Positions 54,830 through 64,000 of a DNA stretch of 64,000 nucleotides are shown here, piece after piece (position 1 is the first letter of the stretch; each line of letters begins with the position of its first letter). Source of the stretch: the human T2T-CHM13v2.0 reference genome, Homo sapiens. Both the position numbers and the translations under genes were made by a program. The notes beneath the pieces are model-generated. The model was not told where the DNA came from. It saw only the letters and a program-made list of their open reading frames with translations, and made no database searches. Location: the NCBI RefSeq assembly GCF_009914755.1, contig NC_060934.1, one strand, 5' to 3'.

Positions 54830-55270
54830 CCAGCTGAAATTAATAATTTTAAAGTAATTAAGTCCAGCAAACCATAACCGATTAAGTAGGGACTGGTGCT
54901 GGCTGGCAGAGCTGCCATAGCCTTATCTCTGCCCAGGCCTGTGTTTGGAGGGCAGCTGGGTGGGGCCTGGCCCCAGGTCCACCCCCTCCAGGCCCTGACC
55001 ATCCTGTAGCAGAGATAAACGTCTCTGAGTAGCCAGCCGCCTAATGAGACTGTCAGGGGACTTCTTAATGAGATTAGGCAGGGCCCTAGCTTTGCCTCAC
55101 AGTGCTAGGATTTCTATTCAATTAATCGTTCAGAGCGGAGCAGACGCTGCCCAGGAGGCAGGAGCCAGGCCTTTGCTGATAAGGCAGCCACCTCCCAGCA
55201 GCAGCCCAGCTTCCCGAAGTCCACGGCAGCCCCAGGCATTGGCCCCACTAGGCAGAAGGATAAACAGAGG
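54830..55270. promoter_or_regulatory. Candidate developmental enhancer with paired-type P3 site
   Basis: AAATTAATAATTTTAAAGTAATTAAG; TAATGAGATTA at 55066-55076; TGTCA; GATAA sites; CAATTAATCG. Confidence 0.5.
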
Positions 55271-56099
55271 CTGGCCAGGAGGATGGGGCAAGGCTGCTGG
55301 CCCAGGACTCCTCCTTGTCCCTTGGAACCTGGAGGGAGCTCTCAGGGTTCCCCACAAATGTGCCTATTGGGAGGAATAAAGCAGAGATCCCCACCCACAA
55401 TGTATGCATGGGGTAAGGAGAGGCCTCCCGGCTGGGGAAGACTGAAACCAGGTACAAGAGCATACATGGCAGCTACATAGTGAGGGCTATGTGTGAGAGG
55501 CCCAGGCCCGGTACCCTGCGTGAACGCTGAGCACAGGTGTCATCCTGCGGGCTGGCACATGTCCCTTACCCCAGAAAGCCTACCCTAACTGCCCAGCCCC
55601 ACCCTCCTGCCCTGCCCCACCCACCCATGGACATACCACAGAGCTCAAAGCCTGGCCCTTCCCCTCCTTACTCTCCTGTCCCCAAAGAGCTTTCCAGCCA
55701 GCACTGTTTGGGTCTCCTGGAGCTCTCCGGAACAACTGTCACCAGGTGTTGCCCTGAGGCTCCCAGTCCAATCCCCCCTTAACGTGACAGGCCACATTCC
55801 AAGTGCCTGTGGCAGAGAAGCCCCCAGCTGGACACTGCTGCAGTCTCGGCATCCTTTCTCTTCCTCTCCAAGTGACCCCACCCCCATCTACCGTGCCTCT
55901 TTCACTCTCAGTCCAGGGACTGGGCAGCCCCCACCAGTCTGACAATCAGGGTGTTCTACTCCTTGGGCACCAGGATTGATTCGGGGAGGAAGTGATTCAG
56001 CCCCATACCAGCCCAGTGAGCTGAAGTCCTGGGACTCCTGTGAGACTCTTGTTAAATAATCCCCCTCTTCCAGGGGCAAGTGGCCAGGGGGCTGGGCTC

Positions 56100-56325
56100 A
56101 TTAGACATCAGCCTGCAACAGGCAGGAGGCTGCCCAGGAAGGAAACCACACAGGAGAGAGCAGGGACAAGGGGTGTGGAGACGGAGGCAGAGTCCTGTGG
56201 ATACCATTTGGGCCTTGGATCCAGCCATGCCTGAAGCGATGCAGCCTCTGGCCTTTTCTATTACATGGCCTAATAATGATCCCTGTTTTGCTTAGGCCCA
56301 AATGAGAGTTTCTGACACCAGCATG
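56100..56325 (+). mobile_element. MLT1-like LTR fragment
   Basis: TGGATCCAGCCATGCCTGAAGC...TTTTCTATTACATG...CCCTGTTTTGCTTAGGCC. Confidence 0.65.
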
Positions 56326-58309
56326 ATTATTATGACTCACATGGAGGGTGATTTCAGACCCACAGCAGGTTTCCCTGGAGGTGATAGTCTCAGATGGTCC
56401 GCTTTAGCATTCTGACAAACACACACGTGGGCCACAACTTCCCCACAGGCCATGAGAGGCAGAAACCCCTATGTGCCACAGGGTGCGAGGCCCGGCCACC
56501 TTCCCCATGGTCCCAGTGGGGACCTCCCAGCATATCTAGACAGGCTCCCCCAGGAAGGGACTCTCTGGGAAGATGACCCCTGGACCACCTATCACTGGGG
56601 TCTCAGTCCAACAGCCGGTGTGCACTGTGAGCTCTCTGGGACACACAAGTGTGCATGCAGTATGTGTGTGCAGGTCCTCGTGTGTACTTGTCAGAGGTCC
56701 AGTCAGGCAGCCACTCAACAAACATTTGCTCCACCCCTGCATGTGCCTAGGCCTGTACAGGCCTGGGAGTCCCAAGATGAGGAGTTCATGGTGCTGGTGC
56801 TCACAGACTTCAAAGGTGCATGTAGAAGCCAGACACCAAAGACACAATGAATGGCATGACAGCAATGAGGCGGCCCCGGCCCGGGCAGAGGAAGCAGAGC
56901 GGCCAGGAAAGGCCTCCTGAAGAGCGTACAGAACTGAGACTGGGATGAGACGGGGCTCTGCGGCACAGGGTGGATGGGTGGAGGCAACCAGGAGAGAGCA
57001 GACTGGATGCCAGGCCAGAGGCCAGACCACGAGGACTTGAATGCTGAGCACAGGTGTGACCCTGCAGGCCAGCAGCCACAGGGGCCTGGTGTCGGGAAGA
57101 TGCCCTGGGGAGCTCTGAGGGGCAAGGCTGAGTGGGGGCCCATCTGCTATGTGCCAGTGCCTGGACTGGCATGCAAGAGCCCCAGCACATCCACGCACGT
57201 AGCACGTCCACGTGACAGCGTCCCAGGGCAAGGCCAAGGCAGAGCCACATGCATGCCCCTGCTGGCTGCACCTGACATCCAGGAGCTCCCGGAAGCATTC
57301 ACCAGTGCCGATCAGTGCGTACTGAGACTCATCACAGACCTCGCTGTCCTGCCTTTAACAATGTTAATTTTCTTGGCAGGAGCTAAGTAGCCTAAAGCAG
57401 TGGATCCCATCCTGGCTGCACTCATGCAGGCTTCTCCTAAGAAAGCTTGAGCATGTACAACTACAGAGCTTCAAAGCCCTTCTAGCCCCTGCTCACCAGG
57501 AAGGGTCCAGCTCCTGCTTCCTCAGAGGCCCGCGTGGTGGCAGCAGTGGCTGCTGGCTATGTCCTCACAGACAGGCAATGGTCAGCAGCTCCTGGAGTGC
57601 GGAGGGAGGCACTGGTGGGAGCTGGTGGGCAATACCTCCCTGCCAAGCTCACGGCTGTCAGGCTCACTGCCCTAGACCTGCAACAGCTCCTCCCCTTCCC
57701 GGCCAGGGACCCTTTCCCCTGCCCTGGCCAGAAAGAGGCAGTGGCCAGGACCATGTCAGCCCCATTTCACCCATGGAGGCTGCTGGGGGAAGAGGGGCTC
57801 CTAAGCCACCAGAAAATTCCCAGGTGGGAGAAGAGAAGAGAAACCCAAGTTCTGGTGCACAAGCTTATACCGCCAGCACCTGGAGCCCGGGTGAGCTTCT
57901 ATTTCTTCTGCACGACTTCTCCACTCACCCCCAACTACCCTCTCCCGCCCACACAGGCACACCTCAGGCATACAGAGGCATGGGGCCTCCAGAACTTTCC
58001 CACTCCAGCCAGTGAGTGTTGGAAACATCTCCAGCGTGGTTCTCCCCTTTGCACATGGCCTTGGAAGCCCTCATATAAATAGCCATTACCAGGGAGAGGC
58101 AGTGCCATCAGCTCTCATCTTTTCTTGCCAGAAAGATCTTCAGTGCAGAAGCTGACCAGGAGGGAAGGGCTAGCACAGGCAGACCTACAGGGGGCAGGAC
58201 AGGGCTGCTATACATGCAGCTGTGCGACCCCAAGTGGTCCTGAGAAAGAACACCGGACAAGGAGCAGCAGCATGCAGAGGTTGCAGAGAGCAGAGTTCCC
58301 ATGAGTCCC

Positions 58310-58975
58310 TCCATCCTGTTGCCCATCCAAGGACTTTTACTGAACACCTCCAACCAGCCACATACCAGGCTTGGCTCTGGGGACTTGGCAGTAAACAAGA
58401 CAGACACTTCTCTGCCCTCACAAACCTGATGGCCCTCACAAATAAATTAATAACATCATTGCCGACGAGGACGCCTACAAAGAAGGAAAAGAACATTTTG
58501 GTAGAGTAATAGGGGCCCTACTTGGAGCCAAGGGGAGCTTCTCTGAGGAGGTAAGATCAGAGGCATAGCCAAAGGCCAAGAAGGGGCCCAGCATGCAAAG
58601 AGCCTTCCAGATAGTAGGAACAGCATGTGCAAAGGCCCCAGGGTAGATGCATGCTTGGCTTGTTGGAGAGATGGGGAAAAGGCCAATGTGGCCAGAGCAG
58701 TGAGGTCAAGAGAAGTGGCGGCTAAGACACAGGTAAGTTCAGCTTTTGTCGGGGTCCTTGGGGACTTGCAGCCCTGGCAAGGGGTCTGGATTTGATTCTT
58801 AGTGCAATGGGGAGCCATTGAAGGGTTTCAGCAGGAGAGGGAGGTGGTTAGGTTGATTTTTCAGATAACTCTGGCTGCTACATGGACAATGGCCTGGAGG
58901 GAAGGGCAGAGGCAGGGGGACACGGGGAAGTGACCTCAAGTGTCCAGGCTGGGGCTGGGGAGATGGCACTGGAGG
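58310..58975 (-). mobile_element. LINE-2
   Basis: GCAGTAAACAAGACAGAC; GGAACAGCATGTGCAAAGGCCC; GCAATGGGGAGCCATTGAAGGGTTT. Confidence 0.88.
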
Positions 58976-59184
58976 TGGAGAGAACCACACAAAAGCCAGG
59001 TGCGTAGTGGGAGGCCCAGCACGTACAAGGAGAGCACCGGCTTGGCTGCCAGTCCTTCACATTCCCTAAGCAATCCCTGCTTCACTTTGCTTTCTGTGTC
59101 ATTCCCTGTACTGCCCAGGATTGTCCTGAGATGATGCCCAGACAGCTCTGGGCAGTTTGTAATGTATTGGTAGACACCTCTGCC

Positions 59185-59570
59185 TTTTTTAAAATTGATG
59201 TTTAGTAATTGTACATATTTATGGGGTACAGAGTGATATTTCAATACATGCGTACAATGTGTAATGATCACATCAGGTAATTAGCATATCCATCACCTCA
59301 AACATTCATCATTTCTTTGTGTTGAGAACATCCAAATTCCTCTCTTCTAGCTGTTTGAAAATATACAATAAATTGTTGTTAATTATAGTCACCCTGCAGT
59401 GCTCTGGACCACTAGAACTTATGCCTTCTAACCAGCTGTAACTTTGTGTCCCTTAACCATCTTCTCCCTATCTTCCCTCCCCCTGCCCTCCCCAGTCTCT
59501 AGTAACCTGTATTCCACTCTCCACTTCTATGAGTTCAATGTGTTTAGCTCCCACATGAGTGAGAACACGC
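59185..59570 (-). mobile_element. 5'-truncated L1MA 3' end with degenerate TSDs
   Basis: AATTGTACATATTTATGGGGTACA...TTAGCTCCCACATGAGTGAGAACA; flanks AGACACCTCTGCCTTT / AGATGCCTCTGCTTTT. Confidence 0.92.
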
Positions 59571-60339
59571 AGATGCCTCTGCTTTTGAACAGGCAATCAC
59601 CAGGAGCCTGCAGTACAGCAGATGCTGCCAAGCTCACTGCATTCCTTTACCCAGTGAGATTCCTGGGCCAGCTGCAAGCGCCACTCAGGTGACTGTCCAT
59701 CAGGCTTCTACAATGAAAGGAGGATCAGCTGAAATGGCTCCAGGACCCCAGCCGACTCCGGCATCCTGTGGCTCCGTGAAACATGCACAAGACGGTGTAT
59801 GTGGATAGAAAAAGTGCGCAGGACTGAGTCAGGTACAGACACACACGGGCTAATGGGATTTCTGGGATTCTTGCAGCACACGTAGGAGCTGGTCTGTGAC
59901 CCAGGGTCAAGCCACAGGGCAGGCTGGGGAGGTGGGCTGAGGGATCAATGGGTCCAGCCTGCTGGACATTTCTGAGGTTGGTGAGGGCAGCACAGGCCCC
60001 CCTACAAGGTGGCTGGGGCTGGGAAAGACAGCCAGCCCTCTAGAAAGTAGGCATGAGATTCGCAGAGCTCTGAGCACACAGGACTAAAGGAGCCAGTGTA
60101 CAGACCGCATTTGGAGTCAAATAGCCAGCTGCATGAGCATTGGCAGGGGTGTCTGATGCACCCCCTTCTCTTGGGAGAAGATCCCAGGGCCTGAGGATCA
60201 GAGGCTCACCCACAGCCACAGCAAGCAGTGATTTGGGAAGCCAGTGTCCTCTTGGGCTTCATCAACATCAGCAGAGCATCCAGAACAAGCAGTGACCATC
60301 CCCATCCCTCTGCACTGGCCAGGTGACATCATGAGAACA

Positions 60340-60520
60340 ATAACTGTAGCTGTTCTTTACTGAGCACCTCCTTGGTGCCAGGCACATGCTAAGTCCTCTG
60401 TAATCGTTACTTCATTTGTTCCCGAAGTCAGCCCATTAAGTGGGGGCACCAGTATCCCAAGTGTACAGGAAGGAACACTGAGGCTCTGTGAATTACGTCC
60501 CTTGTTTAGGTACACCAGGG
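60340..60520 (-). mobile_element. MIR
   Basis: TTTACTGAGCACC...GTGCCAGGCACATGCTAAG...ACTGAGGCTC. Confidence 0.7.
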
Positions 60521-60552
60521 ACCCTGTGTGTAAAGAGGGGCAGTGACAAAAG

Positions 60553-60680
60553 GGGCCAGGCGTGATGGCTCACGCCTGTAATCCCAGCACTTTAGGAGGC
60601 CGAGGCGAGCGGATCACAAGGTCAGGAGTTAGAGACCAGCCTGACCAACATGGTGAAACCCCGTCTCTACTAAAAATACA
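60553..60680 (+). mobile_element. AluS (Sg-like) left arm only
   Basis: Left monomer ends at TACTAAAAATACA; no right arm or tail. Confidence 0.93.
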
Positions 60681-60883
60681 GCTCAGCATAAAGACTGGTT
60701 CGAGATGAGAGTCACCCATCCTCAGAGGTACATGGATCTTCAGCTCATGTGGTCCAAGGCTGGATTTGAGAAATTTGGGCACTGTAGCCCTAAGAAGGCA
60801 GGGCTGGTCCACGCTCCCTCAGGCAGTCAGTGCCTGGCCAGGTCTAGCCCCAGGCCAGGGTTTGCTCACAGCCCTTCCCCTCC

Positions 60884-61260
60884 TGTCTTAGTCTGCTCTG
60901 GCTGCTAAAACAAAACACCATAGACAGGTGGATTAAACAACAGACGAATTTATTTTCTCAACAGACAGTTCTGGAAGCTGAAAGTCCAAGATCAGGGTGC
61001 CAGCATGGTTGGTTCCTGATGAGGGCTGTCTTCCTGGCTTGCAGATGGCTGCCTTCTTGCTGCATCCTCACACAGCAGAGAGACACAGCAAGCTCTCCAG
61101 TGTCTCTTCTTATAAGGCCACTAATCCCATCATGAGGGCCCCACCCTTATGACCCCATCTAAACCTAATTACCTCCCAAGGCCCTGCCTGCAATGCCATC
61201 ACATTGGGGGTTAAGGGCTTTGACATCATATTAGGGAAAACAAACATTCAGTCCATAACA
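60884..61260 (-). mobile_element. MaLR solo LTR (MLT1A0-like)
   Basis: TGTCTTAGTC...AAGTCCAAGATCAGGGTGCCAGCATGG...ACATTCAGTCCATAACA. Confidence 0.92.
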
Positions 61261-62008
61261 CTTCTAGACCTTCCCCCAGTCTGGCCTTGGTTTTGCATGG
61301 CCCCCTCAGCTCTGGACACAAGAACTCTGGCATCTGCTGACCTGTATAGCTGAGACCCCAAGAGGGCCACTCCCTGGGGTGGGCAGGCAGACTGGCTCCC
61401 TCTCATCCCACTAGCATGATGCTGAGATGCTACAGGGGACACTGACAATGAAAAAACACCTAAGGTGCTGTCCACAGCCTCCTCCTGACCTTGGCCAAGT
61501 TAAGTGACCACCACTGCAATGACCATCCCATTGGATGATCTCTGAGAGCCCTGAGGTCAGGCCTACACATCTGAGGCCAGGAACGTGCCCCAGGAGGGAA
61601 AGGAAAATGTGTTTATTGAGTGTGCACTACAAACTGCCCTTAGAGCTGAGGATACCACAGGGAACAAAAGCGACCAAGTCCCTCCCTCCCCACAGCCCAC
61701 AACCTCCAGAAGACATCACCGACAAGTCAAAGGAAACACAAGGCAAGGGGAGCACATGACCAGGCCAGTCTCCTGTGGGTGCTGGGATGCACCCTGAGGA
61801 TGCCACCTCCCAACTGGGACCTCACGTGAGTCCAGGAGGAGTCTGAGGGGGCCAGCGGAGCTCTGAGCAGCAGCTGGAAGTCTTGGCTCTTTCTGCTAAA
61901 CATGCCCAGGCAGCATGGGTGTCTGCAACAGTCTCCTTGTGTATGTATGCATTTGTGTACATACACATCTGCTCAGCACTGCCCACCACACCAGAGCCCC
62001 CAGAAGCC

Positions 62009-62104
62009 CTTTGGAGGGCTGAGCCATCACACTGCTGGACTGTCCAGGGCACCTATGGCCATGTTCCTCCCGTTCCAGCAGTGTGATGGCTCAGCCCTCC
62101 AAAG
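62009..62104. repeat. Perfect 31-bp inverted repeat with 34-nt spacer
   Basis: CTTTGGAGGGCTGAGCCATCACACTGCTGGA (62009-62039) is the exact reverse complement of 62074-62104. Confidence 0.97.
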
Positions 62105-63059
62105 CCTTTATCAGGTGCACAGTAGATATGCCCTGAGCTGAGGCTCAGGTCCCTTCACAGAGCTGGGCCCCAGCAGCAAGCCTTGGGCCAGCTCCAGTTG
62201 GGGTTCTGTGATAAGGAGAGACCCACCCTCAGCTCTCCAGGCCCAGGCTGGCAAACTGCAGGACTTGGGGACGGCCCACGGGGTTGTTTTAGTTACGAGA
62301 GCCCTGTGGGAGAGGTGAGTGAGGGCAGGTACCCTGGGAGCCTCCTGGGACACAGGAGGACCAGCATTGGATGTTACAGCCATGGCAGGGTAGGAGTTAG
62401 GAGCCCTAGAGCCCAGCCAAATCAAGGCCACCTCAGCATCTGACACTGGCCACTGGAGATGGGGCACTGTTGGGAGGGGGGCTCGGCCCAGAGCTCAGGT
62501 CAGGTCTCAGAGCTTTGAGCCCAGAGCCCAGACCAGAGGCCAGAGTGGGGCCACTCCATGGCTCACCACACCTCTGGGCACTCAGATGAAAAGGCAGAAG
62601 GCCCACGGCCCCAGGCCAGGAGCGGACCCATGGCAGGACCTCAAGTCTCCACCTTGGACTGAGAAGGAAGAGCGCCATGGGGGACAGACAGCAAGAAGAC
62701 AGCCTTCCAGGCCAGGCCAGGACCCAGTTTATAGGGGCACAGGCCACAGCAGAGCCAGACCATGGGTGGGCTGGGCCCAGAGCTCCAGGCAGCAAGGCCG
62801 GTGTCTCAGCCCGGACCTGGGGGTTGCTAGCACCCAGACAGGACCCAGAGACCAAGAGGTGTCGTGTACCTTGGCAGGGTCCCAGGAGGATGGAAAACAT
62901 GGTGGCCGGGACACAACAAGAACGAATGCCTGCTGAGCATACTATGTGCCGGCACCCACGCCCTCAATGGGAGAATGAGCCCCAAGGCGCTAAGCACCCC
63001 TCTCTCGGGCGCCATGGTGGACTGTTGCTCACCACAGCCTCCCTCCTGCTGGCCATACG

Positions 63060-63195
63060 TCCTCTCTAGATCCACCACCACAACCCCAAGGCAGGCCCAT
63101 TTCACAGATGTTGAGACTGAGGGTCAGAGAGGGAATGCGATCTGTTCAAGACCACACAGATAATCAATCAGATTTGGGAACTGAACCCACACCTT
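63060..63195 (-). mobile_element. MIR
   Basis: CCCATTTCACAGATGTTGAGACTGAGGGTCAGAGAGG. Confidence 0.75.
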
Positions 63196-64000
63196 TCCAC
63201 CTGACCCCTTTCCACCAAATAGAGCAAGGTAGGCCTGCCCTATGGCCAGGTCCCGGGGAGGCAGGGGCAGGCCAGTGGGATTCTGGCCACTCTATGCACT
63301 CAGAGCAGACAAGGCCACAGTAAGATGGAAATACCGTGCCGTGACAGGCCACAGGTTCCCAGAGCCCCAGCCTATACAGATGGCTCCGAGCAGCCTCCAT
63401 ATGAGCCATGTCGTCAACACTAACCTCCTTCCCTGCTCTCTTGAGACACCCAGAATGGCTGGGGCTCAACTCCAAGCTGCACATCTCCCCCGCCCTAAGT
63501 GGGGCCAAGGCTGTGGGAACCTGCTCACACTGCCCAGCCCAGAACAGGAAGTGAGAGGAGGACAAGTCTCCACCACAGACCACTCAGGCTAGTAAGATCA
63601 CAGCCACCTCCACCTCTTCACCCAGCCACTGCCCTGTGCTCACCCTGGGCTGGGCTATTCTAGTGCATTTCCTCAACTGATCCTCTCAGCTGTCCTCTAT
63701 TCCATTTTACAGTCAGGGAAACCGAGGTTGCCCACCCAGAGTCAGAAAGCAGAGCAGGGGTGGGAGCCCCAGTCTGTGTGAGACAGCCACCACACTCCCG
63801 CCTCTTCAGCTCCTGGACACCCCACGGATGCTCCAGTGGAGGCATGGGGAAGGGCCAGGCTGAGCACAGTGGGGGACCAGGGTGGGCCAGGTGGAGATGC
63901 AGTCTCAGAGCCCAGCTGCCTCATCTAGGGTCTGTTGAGGGATGAGTGTGAGGGAAAACTGGAAAGATGGGGCCATCAGGGCCACATGTCCCACACCTGG

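Noticed and set aside
56536-57237. 233-aa minus-strand ORF
   Set aside because: Non-ATG start, overlaps an L2-like remnant, no homology recognised

Overview
Primate (very probably human or great-ape) non-coding genomic DNA, intronic or intergenic. It is moderately GC-rich, CpG-depleted and dense in interspersed repeats: AluJ/S/Y, L1PA and ancient L1M, L2, MIR, MaLR/ERVL LTRs, and MER5A, MER20 and Tigger2 DNA transposons. I see no convincing protein-coding gene; the ORFs are spurious or repeat-derived, and I cannot name the locus. There is no CRISPR array or prokaryotic system. The best sequence-supported points are: (1) a complete L1PA insertion at 7735-8211 combining a 3' transduction and a twin-priming 5' inversion between perfect 17-bp TSDs; (2) a perfect 31-bp inverted repeat at 62009-62104 (candidate de novo hairpin or template-switch product); (3) a triplicated ~67-bp CCAAT/E-box unit inside an old LTR; (4) several AT-rich homeodomain-motif islands that look like developmental enhancers; (5) a few candidate non-coding exons. 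Repeat subfamily calls come from recalled consensus sequences, and boundaries of old elements are approximate.
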